Source of the DNA: Candidatus Hadarchaeota archaeon
GTDB lineage: Archaea > Hadarchaeota > Hadarchaeia > Hadarchaeales > Hadarchaeaceae
DNA: 32,000 nt
Assembly (NCBI GenBank): GCA_964514965.1
Contig: CAZETV010000002.1
Location: forward strand, 60,001 to 92,000
Direction of reading: 5' to 3'
The notes under the pieces were generated by a model. That model did not search any database. It saw nothing but the letters and a program-made list of their open reading frames with translations, and was not told the origin of the DNA. Shown in pieces: positions 8,485 to 16,210 of this stretch; position 1 is the stretch's first letter, and each line of letters starts with the position of its first letter. The position numbers were made by a program, and so were the translations under genes.

Positions 8485-8570
8485 CATATAAATAACCCCC
8501 ACCCAAAGCCTCAGCGGGATGAATGGGGCGGACGCTTCATTATCGAACGAAGGAGGCCGTAACAGTCGAG
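8485..8570 (+). repeat. Copy 2 of the 86-nt direct repeat (TATA box plus the first roughly 16 codons, MGRTLHYRTKEAVTVE)
   Basis: See copy 1. ATATAAATA lies at 8487-8495, about 28-36 nt upstream of the ATG at 8523. Confidence 0.75.
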
Positions 8571-8834
8571 GAGTTCAAACAGATACGAGAGATCGCGAAC
8601 AGGTACAACGCGGGGCACAAATGGGCATACGAAAACATCAAACTCTGGAGGGAAACGAGCGGCACGCTCTGGGGATTCACAAAAGTCAACGACAGCGCCC
8701 GGGATAGAAAATTGGTAATTCAAGCGATAAAGGAGATTTCCAAAACGACGCCACGGCTGACCTGGCTGTTCTTCGATGAGGGCTGGCTGGGAAAAGGCGA
8801 GTGGGCAAGATTCAAAGGTGGAAAGCAGGTTTAG
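8523..8834 (+). CDS. Hypothetical 103-aa protein
   Basis: The ORF follows a TATA-like box at leaderless-type distance. No motif recognised. The antisense ORF 8511..8843 is judged spurious. Confidence 0.45.
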   Translation: MGRTLHYRTKEAVTVEEFKQIREIANRYNAGHKWAYENIKLWRETSGTLWGFTKVNDSARDRKLVIQAIKEISKTTPRLTWLFFDEGWLGKGEWARFKGGKQV

Positions 8835-8915
8835 TCCACTCAATATCTCAATCGCTTTCCATTTGATTTATTTCTCCGCGTGCCAAAAATGAAATGCCCG
8901 TGAGTGGCGTGAGGC

Positions 8916-9689
8916 TTGGAATTGACGGTGTTGATTGGCCCCAGCTTGGAGGACGCGAAGGAACTCCTGGCAGCTGCGATAAGGGACAAGCGGCTCGCCC
9001 TGCTCGTCGGCTCCTGCGTGGTCAACTACATCGGGCGGGCCGGCTCGGTGCTCCCCGAAGGCGAGCGCGTGGTGATGCTCAAGCCGGATGGGGCCCTGCT
9101 CGTCCACCAGAAGAAGAAGCGGGAGCCCGTGAACTGGAACCCGCCCGGCTGCGAGGCGAGCGTGCGTCTAGGCGGGAAGGGCCTGCAACTCATCTCCAAG
9201 CGGAAGCGGCCAAAAGAGCAGCTGCTGGTCATCTTCAAGAGCCTAGAGCTGGCCGCGTCCTTCGAACTCGTCGATCAAGAGGAGCTTTACCTCGTGGGGT
9301 CGGAGCGGGACCTAATCACCCTTGTGTTCAACGAGCCGAGCCTGATCGAGCCGGGCTTCAAGCCACTTGAGCGGGAGAAGCTCACGAAATACGGCATGGT
9401 TGACCTTTACGGCGTCGACCGGGATGGAAATGGTGTGGCGATAGAATTCAAGCGTCGGCGGGCCGAACTCGCCAGCGCAAGCCAGCTCAAGCGCTACGTG
9501 GATGAGCTGAGCAAAAAACTCGGAAAGCGCGTCCGAGGCATCCTAGTGGCCCCCTCGATAACCTCGAGCGCCCTGAAGCTACTCAATGAAAATCAGCTGG
9601 AATACGTACGAATCAGGAAGCCACCCACCTACACCTTTGAACGGGTTGTGACCCGGGAGCGGGGGCAGAAGGGAATAAGTGAGTTTTGA
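8916..9689 (+). CDS. nucS: Endonuclease NucS (EndoMS, mismatch-specific)
   Basis: The N-terminal domain (GSCVVNYIGRAGSVLPEGERVVMLKPDGALLVHQKKKREPVNWNPPG) and the C-terminal RecB-like domain (GMVDLYGVDRDGNGVAIEFKRRRA...GILVAPSIT) match NucS closely. The start is TTG. Confidence 0.9.
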   Translation: MELTVLIGPSLEDAKELLAAAIRDKRLALLVGSCVVNYIGRAGSVLPEGERVVMLKPDGALLVHQKKKREPVNWNPPGCEASVRLGGKGLQLISKRKRPKEQLLVIFKSLELAASFELVDQEELYLVGSERDLITLVFNEPSLIEPGFKPLEREKLTKYGMVDLYGVDRDGNGVAIEFKRRRAELASASQLKRYVDELSKKLGKRVRGILVAPSITSSALKLLNENQLEYVRIRKPPTYTFERVVTRERGQKGISEF

Positions 9690-9798
9690 GCTTAATGGGC
9701 TAAAGTCCGTGATTCAATCCAAGATTGGGCGGCATGTAATTTACAAATGTCAATAAGCTAATTAACAAAAAAATGTCAGATTATTCATTGTAGTCAAT

Positions 9799-10848
9799 AT
9801 GAAAAGATCATCAAAAAAAGGTCTTCCGCCAGGATCTCTCGTTCATGTAGGGGAGAAAAAGGAAGAAAAAGTAAGAATTACAATCATCGACTATGACAAA
9901 GCGCAATTTCAAGAGAAGGAAGCAGAAACTGTCGAGGAATGTTTTCCCTTTAAAGATAAACCGACCGTGACATGGATAAACGTAGATGGCATTCATGAGC
10001 CGGAGATTGTGAAAAAGCTCGGTGATTGTTTTGGAATGCATCCTCTCGTGCTCGAAGACATCCTAAACACCGATCAACGTCCAAAAATGGAGGATTATGG
10101 TAACTACATTTACATCGTTTTGAAAATGCTTTATTACGATGAGAAAAGCAACGAGATGATTACAGAGCAGGTAAGTTTAGTTCTCGGTTCGAATTTTGTC
10201 ATCTCTTTCCAAGAAAAAAGAGGGGATGTCTTTAACCCGATTAGAGAGCGAATCAAGAGCGATAAGGGCCGCGTAAGAAAAATGGGGGCCGATTACCTTG
10301 CTTATGCTTTGACGGATGCAATTGTTGATAACTATTTTACAATCTTGGAAAAAATTGGAGAAAAGGTAGAGTCCCTAGAAGAAGAGTTGGTGGCCAAACC
10401 AACACCAGAAATACTACAGGCAATCCACAATCTGAAAAGAGATCTGATATTCTTACGAAAATCGGTCTGGCCTTTGAGGGAGGTGATTAGCGGCTTGGAA
10501 AGAGGAGAATCATCGCTGATTGATGCGTCCACCAAGCTCTACCTCAGGGATGTTTACGACCACACAATTCAGGTAATTGATACGGTGGAGACTTTGCGAG
10601 ATATGGTTTCCGGGATGCTTGATATTTACCTCTCGAGCATCAGCAATAAAATGAACGAAGTCATGAAAGTACTGACGATTATTGCCACGATATTTATTCC
10701 TTTGACTTTCATCGCGGGCATTTATGGAATGAATTTTGCCTTCATGCCGGAACTTGGGTTACCTTGGGCTTATCCTCTAATTTTGCTCGTGATGGTTGGT
10801 GTAGGTATATTAATGTTGATTTATTTTAGGAGAAAAAGGTGGATATGA
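9799..10848 (+). CDS. corA: Magnesium/cobalt transporter CorA
   Basis: GIYGMNFAFMPEL (the GMN motif) between two C-terminal TM helices, with a typical cytoplasmic domain. The gene is AT-rich. Confidence 0.9.
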   Translation: MKRSSKKGLPPGSLVHVGEKKEEKVRITIIDYDKAQFQEKEAETVEECFPFKDKPTVTWINVDGIHEPEIVKKLGDCFGMHPLVLEDILNTDQRPKMEDYGNYIYIVLKMLYYDEKSNEMITEQVSLVLGSNFVISFQEKRGDVFNPIRERIKSDKGRVRKMGADYLAYALTDAIVDNYFTILEKIGEKVESLEEELVAKPTPEILQAIHNLKRDLIFLRKSVWPLREVISGLERGESSLIDASTKLYLRDVYDHTIQVIDTVETLRDMVSGMLDIYLSSISNKMNEVMKVLTIIATIFIPLTFIAGIYGMNFAFMPELGLPWAYPLILLVMVGVGILMLIYFRRKRWI

Positions 10849-11315
10849 TGGTCGATCAAAGGCTCGTGTACACGCTCGTGGTGATAGTGGTCGTGGTTGC
10901 CTTTAGGTTAGCGTTGGGCGGGGTATTCAAGCGGAAGCTCCGTGAACTCGCGGGGCACGTTTTGTTGGCAAACACTCTTACGGGAATCCTCATAATTGGC
11001 TTAGCATTTTACCTCCTCTACTTGTGGGGGGTAATCCAAGCTCTGGTCGAGATAACTCTCACACTCGGGGTAATCACCGCGGTCCTCCTGTTCACCATAA
11101 AGGATATCTGGGTATCCAATCTCTTCGCAGGCATTTCACTAATAGGCGACAAACTGATCAACATCGGCAGTGAGGTAGAGGTTGGAGGTAAAAAAGGGAA
11201 AATAGTGGAGATGACCCTCACGATGACAAAGGTCCGAACCTCCGATAACCGTCTCATGATCGTGCCGAACAAGAAGTTTCGCGAGGAAATTGTCTTAATC
11301 ACCAAACGTCGCTAA
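10839..11315 (+). CDS. Short MscS-like mechanosensitive channel family protein
   Basis: TM helices followed by LFAGISLIGDKLINIGSEVEVGGKKGKIVEMTLTMTKVRTSDNRLMIVPNKKF, which matches TM3 plus the beta-domain of MscS. The protein ends right after the beta-domain. It overlaps the corA stop. Confidence 0.6.
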   Translation: MDMMVDQRLVYTLVVIVVVVAFRLALGGVFKRKLRELAGHVLLANTLTGILIIGLAFYLLYLWGVIQALVEITLTLGVITAVLLFTIKDIWVSNLFAGISLIGDKLINIGSEVEVGGKKGKIVEMTLTMTKVRTSDNRLMIVPNKKFREEIVLITKRR

Positions 11316-11353
11316 CGGTAATCCAAAGTCAATTCTTGCCTTTTCCTAAGTCG

Positions 11354-12247
11354 CTACTTCGAGAAGAGAGGTTCGAGCAGGCCCCTGAGAAATATCTCCA
11401 CCGCCGCGTTCACATTTTGGAAAGTATCGCCAACCATTCGGCGCTGAAATTCCTTCACGACCGTCAAAAAATCTTCAACCATCTGGCCCGGCAGATACGA
11501 GAGCTCGTCCTTTATCCACTCAGTTATCGAAGGTTCCTCCAAGCGCAGGCCGATGACACACGCGGCATCCTTGAGCCTTCCCGCCAAACACAGCGCCATG
11601 TCAGCGGGTTTGCCTACCGCGATCTGCCACGCGGCCAGATCTTCCTCCGAGGTGGAGAGCATGTGCTTCGAGTAGGCAACTTGATCCTCAACATACCCTT
11701 TACCCGACAGCAGCCTCGTGACCTCGAAGTCCTTCACGGCGATGGATATGAGGTACAGGAGGTTGAACGAAAATTTTTCCGAGAGCCCGAATCTCTCCGA
11801 GGCTTCCGTGAGGGGCTGGGGAATCGAAAATATGTAGTATTCCATCGAGCCGTGCAGGACCGAATGCCCGACCTCGTGCCTGAGGGTCCCGACCTGAACC
11901 AGCCTCGGGAGCTCCCCTATTCTCTCGAGGCACACGGATATCCTGGATGTCCCCCTCCATGCATCGTGGCTGGCAAAAAATTTTTCACCGAAATCTTCAG
12001 AAACGACCCCCACGGCTGCGCGTTCTCGCGAGTAAAAGCTCTTCATGGCGGATGAACTCTCGAACAACAGAAGGTCCAGGATCTCCACTTCATGCGGCAT
12101 CAACCTCTCATAGCATTCCTCGATCGTGGTTGTGATTTCTGTCGCTTGCTTCTCGGGAATTTTGCCGAATTTCTGCACAACGAGTTTTACCATGACGACC
12201 GATAAGCTCATCGTCGGGAGAAAATAAAAATTCAGGTCAAAACACAC
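11354..12247 (-). CDS. Hypothetical protein with an HExxH motif (putative metallopeptidase-like)
   Basis: TLRHEVGHSVLHG is present. There is no other assignment. The likely start is the internal MSLSVVMVK. Confidence 0.45.
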   Translation of the reverse strand: MCFDLNFYFLPTMSLSVVMVKLVVQKFGKIPEKQATEITTTIEECYERLMPHEVEILDLLLFESSSAMKSFYSRERAAVGVVSEDFGEKFFASHDAWRGTSRISVCLERIGELPRLVQVGTLRHEVGHSVLHGSMEYYIFSIPQPLTEASERFGLSEKFSFNLLYLISIAVKDFEVTRLLSGKGYVEDQVAYSKHMLSTSEEDLAAWQIAVGKPADMALCLAGRLKDAACVIGLRLEEPSITEWIKDELSYLPGQMVEDFLTVVKEFQRRMVGDTFQNVNAAVEIFLRGLLEPLFSK

Positions 12248-12354
12248 CGAATCCCCACCTCCTTTTTGCCCGATTATAAAGAACCTCCGCGCAACGGCTT
12301 GACGGGAAAGATGGAGAAGAGACCGATACAGACAAATTTAGACGATTTTTCTGA

Positions 12355-12372
12355 AGTTTATAAAGTTTATAA
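12355..12372 (+). promoter_or_regulatory. Tandem AGTTTATAA x2 (double TATA-box-like element) upstream of the radical SAM gene
   Basis: AGTTTATAAAGTTTATAA was read directly. It lies 65-80 nt upstream of the in-frame ATG at 12437 and inside the 5' extension of the tracked ORF. Confidence 0.35.
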
Positions 12373-12436
12373 ATTACTTTCACCGACTTCTCCCTCCCCT
12401 AAAATCGCATTTATTAATGATCGTAGAGAATGCAAA

Positions 12437-13654
12437 ATGGGGGTGACAGTGCAGCAGGGCATACTGTTAGTGCAACCAGAGTTCCCGATCGCTGGTAAGA
12501 GCAGGTGGCATAAATCTTTCCTGCCAATCGGGCTCCTAAAGCTCGCTTCATACTACCGGAAAAAAGGGCACAATGTGAAGTTGGTCTGTGGTAAAAAGAA
12601 CCTAAAATTTCGACCTGATAAAGTCATGATAAGCTCGCTATTCACGTATTGGTCCAAATACGTCTGGGATTGCGTTAAACACTACAAACAGCTCTACCCA
12701 AATGCCAAGGTTGTGGTCGGTGGGATTTACGCCTCTCTAATGCCAGAACACTGCAAAAAGTCAGGGTGCGATGAAGTATTCGTTGGGGTGCACAAAAAAG
12801 CAGAGAAATGTGAACCTGCATACGATCTTCTTAAAAATAACTCTCACCCCATAGACTATCAAATAATTCACACTTCTCGAGGCTGCGTCAGAAAGTGCAA
12901 GTTCTGTGGCGTATGGAAGATTGAGCCCGATTTTGAATACAAAAAAAGCATAAAAGATGAAATTCGAAGCAACCAACTGGTATTTTACGATAACAACCTT
13001 TTGGCAAACCCTTACATCGAGAACATTTTGGAGGAGATAGCACATACCAAAGTTAACGGCAGGGTCGTGATCTGCGAGAGCCAATGTGGTTTCGATGGAC
13101 GAATGCTAACCCCTAAGCTCGCAAGGCTAATCAAGGGGGCACATTTTCAATATCCCAAAATTGCGTGGGACGGGTCTTATTCAGAGCACAAAAACATCAA
13201 AAAACAGCTAGACATGCTTATAGATGCTGGCTATAGCCACAAAGACGTTTTCGTGTTCATGATATACAACTGGGACCACGATTTCCGCGAGATGCAGAAA
13301 AAAAGATTGAAATGCTGGGGGTGGAAGGTGCAGATTTCTGATTGTCGATACAGACCATTGGAACAGACTTATGATAATTATGATCCGAGGAGAGTACAGA
13401 CGAACGATGATTATTTTATACATCCAAAATGGACTGATTCTGAGGTTAAACAGTTTAGAAAAAACGTGCGTAGGCAAAATATTTGTGTTAGGCTGGGATT
13501 TTCATTTCATAGCAAAATCTTAGAGCAGAAAAAGCTCGGCAAAAACACGATAAAAAAATTACGAGACATGACACCAACTAAAGCTAAAAAAATGTTGCCA
13601 GATGTTTGGAACCCTGGTGAGATTACATTCCCTAAAATGGACTTATGTACGTAG
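12437..13654 (+). CDS. B12-binding-domain (class B type) radical SAM protein
   Basis: N-terminal Rossmann-like segment ILLVQPEFP...LPIGLLKLASYYRKKGHNVKL...VVVGGIYAS. Radical SAM cluster motif SRGCVRKCKFCGVW (CxxxCxxC), followed by LVFYDNNLLAN. The tracked ORF extends to 12266, but the TATA element favours 12437. Confidence 0.75.
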   Translation: MGVTVQQGILLVQPEFPIAGKSRWHKSFLPIGLLKLASYYRKKGHNVKLVCGKKNLKFRPDKVMISSLFTYWSKYVWDCVKHYKQLYPNAKVVVGGIYASLMPEHCKKSGCDEVFVGVHKKAEKCEPAYDLLKNNSHPIDYQIIHTSRGCVRKCKFCGVWKIEPDFEYKKSIKDEIRSNQLVFYDNNLLANPYIENILEEIAHTKVNGRVVICESQCGFDGRMLTPKLARLIKGAHFQYPKIAWDGSYSEHKNIKKQLDMLIDAGYSHKDVFVFMIYNWDHDFREMQKKRLKCWGWKVQISDCRYRPLEQTYDNYDPRRVQTNDDYFIHPKWTDSEVKQFRKNVRRQNICVRLGFSFHSKILEQKKLGKNTIKKLRDMTPTKAKKMLPDVWNPGEITFPKMDLCT

Positions 13655-13655
13655 A

Positions 13656-14078
13656 TCATTTTTTCTTTACTTTCTTTGCTATCCCAATTAATTCCGTCTC
13701 TAATCTTTTACTAAAGCTACCTTTCCCACTAAAAACCTGATCTTTTAGAATTTTTATTCCGCCTGCAGCATATTCCTCGACTATTGAATACACTCTTTTT
13801 TTATCCAATAGCACTTCTAAATTACCTGCATCTTTTACAGCTACAGCGTTAATCAAAGCTTTTTCTGTATCGCTAAGGTATTCTGTCCTGATATATCCCG
13901 AGGGGTCCTTGTCTGTTATTTTGTGCTTTATTCCATTTTTGAATCCAACTACCATCGCTGCCAAAAATAAATGTTTTTTATTCTTGTTTCCAAATGGGCT
14001 ATCTTTTTCTTCCAGCCTTGAAAAATGTTCTTTATCACTTTTTCTAATGTAAATTATTGCTGGATCTTTACTTACCAT
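13656..14078 (-). CDS. Small protein reminiscent of 'DNA phosphorothioation (Dnd)-associated protein 4'-type proteins
   Basis: KHLFLAAMVVGFKNG...EYLSDTEKALINAVAVKDAGNLEVLLDKKRVYSIVEEYAAGGIKIL. An AGGTGG Shine-Dalgarno-like motif lies 6 nt before the ATG at 14078, so that start is preferred over the tracked TTG at 14120. The start overlaps the ATPase stop by 11 nt. The family call is from memory only. Confidence 0.45.
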   Translation of the reverse strand: MVSKDPAIIYIRKSDKEHFSRLEEKDSPFGNKNKKHLFLAAMVVGFKNGIKHKITDKDPSGYIRTEYLSDTEKALINAVAVKDAGNLEVLLDKKRVYSIVEEYAAGGIKILKDQVFSGKGSFSKRLETELIGIAKKVKKK

Positions 14079-14667
14079 ATTTTCCCACCTGCGCTTTTGA
14101 GCCTGTTTTAAGTTCTTCAAATATTATTTTGTATTCTCCAATCAAATTATCTGATAACTTTTTTCTGACGAATGGTGTATACTCGGTATCAGTCATTAAC
14201 AGAATAACTTGCTTGTTTTTTAGATATTTGGGTAAATTTTTGCAAATGTTTTCCCTTATTTCTCCAGAGATTCTACCCAGCGGGGTATCCATAACTATTG
14301 GGAAATCGAAACCAGAATATGCGCTCAAAGCATTTATGAATGATAATGCCAACGCTTCCATTTCACCTCTGCTTAAGCTTCCTAATCCTTCGTGGTCTGA
14401 TCTATGCGTGACGGAAATTTCATAATCATCGTTTATTTTTACATTTTTCCATTCATCTTTCTTCCAAATTAAATTGAAAAACGATTCTTTTGTGATTTGG
14501 TTAATTTTTTCTCTAGTGTCTTTCATAATGTTTTTTTTCACCTTAGTAGCCAATTCAACGGCTTCATCACAAAATGACACCACTTTGTTTAGCTCATCAA
14601 ATTCTTTAGATCTTTCTAGTTCTTTATCCCGTTCTCTTCTGTAGGTCTCGAACTGACTTTCGGCCAT
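14068..14667 (-). CDS. DndD-like SMC/ABC ATPase, C-terminal fragment (signature motif and Walker B)
   Basis: LSRGEMEALALSF is the ABC signature. FPIVMDTPLGRISGEIRENI...QVILLMTDTEY matches the DndD-type DTPLGRL Walker B/D-loop. This reading frame is actually open upstream to about 14806. Confidence 0.75.
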   Translation of the reverse strand: MAESQFETYRRERDKELERSKEFDELNKVVSFCDEAVELATKVKKNIMKDTREKINQITKESFFNLIWKKDEWKNVKINDDYEISVTHRSDHEGLGSLSRGEMEALALSFINALSAYSGFDFPIVMDTPLGRISGEIRENICKNLPKYLKNKQVILLMTDTEYTPFVRKKLSDNLIGEYKIIFEELKTGSKAQVGKYGK

Positions 14668-14702
14668 TTTAACTCGTGCCTCACGTTCACCGATATCTTC
14701 AC

Positions 14703-16028
14703 TTAATTTCGTGATTTCTGTATCAAGGTTTCCGTATCGTTTCTCCAGTATTTTAAATTTTTCTTCAATTTTTGAATCGACTTGTTCTTTAATTTTTTGC
14801 TTTTATTTTCATAGCCAGTTTCTAGTTTTTTGATTTCTCTTTCAAGTTTGATCATGCTTGTGTCAAAATTTTTAAGGTTATCGATGGATCGGGCTAAATC
14901 GGTTTTTAATTTAATCAAATCCGAACTAATGGCGGATATATCGCTTATTTTTTTAAGAAGACTCTCAACTTTTTTTCTACAACTGATATTCTTTTTAGTT
15001 ATGTCCGTCCCACAGATACAATTACCATCTTTAAGTAATTTTTCTAAATATTTTGGGTCTATATTTGGCGGTACATTTTCTTGGTCTTGTTCTCGAGTAA
15101 TCTCTTTAATTGTGGATTCTATAGCAGGATAAGTTAGTAAATGCAGGGAAGAATCTACAAGAAAATCCGTCAATTCATCTCTCTTATCTTTTATTGTTTT
15201 TTCAAGATCTTTCAAATCACGTTCAAGTTCTTCCCTGGTTTCCTGTAAGTTCCTTATATTTGGCATTGACTTTAATTCTTCGGCTATTTCGTTTTTATCC
15301 TTAACTTTCCCATCTTTTATTTTACGGAATTTTTCCAAGTCGGCTTTATAGTTGTTTAAGGATTTCTCCCAAGTATCAATTTTCTCTTGAGCATCTGCAA
15401 GAGCGGGAGTTAACTTTTTTGATTTTCTTACAAATTCGTTTTGTATTGCTCCCAAGTGCGATATCGCTTTTTCCAACACTTCCAATTGAGAAAGTTTAAA
15501 AATCTCCTTTTTTATCTCCTCACCAGATTTTTCTCTAAAATAACTTTCTAGCTTTTCACCATCAAAAAGAAAATAGTCTACAATACTCCCTGGTATCAAC
15601 TGATTAGCAACATAAGTCGGATCAGAAACAAATTTCATGTCGTCTCCGATTTCTCGTAAAAGTTCAAATTTTTGTTTGTTGGGAATTTCTTTTACTTCGC
15701 CATTTTCTTCACAATATTTTGTGCTTCTCACAAAAATCGCTTTATTTCCTTCATTGTCTGTCATTACAATTTCCACTTTTACTTCACATGCTGATGGACT
15801 CTCCTTTAAAGAAATAGTATTGACCGTGGGCAAAGCTAAACTTTTTTTATTTAGGTGTAACTCCCTGCCATATAAGCACCAAGTAATAGCGTTCATTATG
15901 TTTGTTTTCCCTGCCCCGTTTCTACCTTCTAAGACGACTATGTTTTTTTTGCCGAATGGTGCAGGGAACTCTATTATTTCATTTGCATATTGCCTATAAT
16001 TAATTAATTTAATTTTTTTAATTAACAT
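14703..16028 (-). CDS. DndD-like SMC/ABC ATPase, N-terminal fragment (Walker A and coiled coil)
   Basis: IKKIKLINYRQY...VVLEGRNGAGKTNIMNAITWCLYG is a Walker A with an SMC/Rad50-type N terminus. A long K/E-rich coiled coil follows. The last roughly 30 residues are out-of-frame read-through. Confidence 0.8.
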   Translation of the reverse strand: MLIKKIKLINYRQYANEIIEFPAPFGKKNIVVLEGRNGAGKTNIMNAITWCLYGRELHLNKKSLALPTVNTISLKESPSACEVKVEIVMTDNEGNKAIFVRSTKYCEENGEVKEIPNKQKFELLREIGDDMKFVSDPTYVANQLIPGSIVDYFLFDGEKLESYFREKSGEEIKKEIFKLSQLEVLEKAISHLGAIQNEFVRKSKKLTPALADAQEKIDTWEKSLNNYKADLEKFRKIKDGKVKDKNEIAEELKSMPNIRNLQETREELERDLKDLEKTIKDKRDELTDFLVDSSLHLLTYPAIESTIKEITREQDQENVPPNIDPKYLEKLLKDGNCICGTDITKKNISCRKKVESLLKKISDISAISSDLIKLKTDLARSIDNLKNFDTSMIKLEREIKKLETGYENKSKKLKNKSIQKLKKNLKYWRNDTETLIQKSRN

Positions 16029-16031
16029 GAA

Positions 16032-16202
16032 TTATTTCACCGCCTTTTTTACAAGATTTTCGTACGTTTCACTATACCACCAACGATCTTCCTCGGAGTG
16101 GTCTGTTTCTAACATCAATATTTCTTTCAGAAATTTTTTGGTTTTTTCACTATAATTGCTTTTTTCAATTTCTTTGATGATTCTTTCGTTTAATATAGCC
16201 AT
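16032..16202 (-). CDS. Untracked 56-aa ORF between the helicase and the ATPase
   Basis: Hand translation gives MAILNERIIKEIEKSNYSEKTKKFLKEILMLETDHSEEDRWWYSETYENLVKKAVK*. It starts 8 nt after the helicase stop and ends 3 nt before the ATPase ATG. Confidence 0.4.
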   Translation of the reverse strand: MAILNERIIKEIEKSNYSEKTKKFLKEILMLETDHSEEDRWWYSETYENLVKKAVK

Positions 16203-16210
16203 GTGAACCA

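Noticed and set aside
8511-8843. 110-aa minus-strand ORF opposite gene 8523..8834
   Set aside because: The plus-strand ORF has a TATA box at the appropriate distance and a 5' region duplicated with coding-frame conservation (MGRTL..RTKEAV). The minus-strand ORF has neither.
8894-9370. Long alternative-frame and antisense ORFs inside GC-rich genes (e.g. 8894..9370 and 8868..9107 in nucS; 11336..12055 opposite the HExxH gene; 22006..22683 opposite the Cas4-like gene; 1021..1524; 18603..19004; 18904..19236; 19237..19560; 20350..20760; 20541..21023; 5586..5882; 5621..6073; 28670..29059)
   Set aside because: They have Arg/Pro/Gly/Ala-rich low-complexity translations with no motifs. Each is fully nested in or opposite a gene with strong family motifs. 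This is the typical stop-codon-poor shadow ORF of GC-rich DNA.
9745-9778. Direct repeat AAATGTCA (9745-9752 and 9771-9778) upstream of corA as a regulatory element
   Set aside because: An 8-nt repeat in a very AT-rich spacer is likely to occur by chance, and there is no supporting palindrome or conservation evidence.
12266-12436. 57-aa 5' extension of the radical SAM ORF
   Set aside because: The tandem TATA element (12355-12372) lies inside it, its 5' part has flank-like GC-rich composition, and the B12-type domain begins right after Met58.
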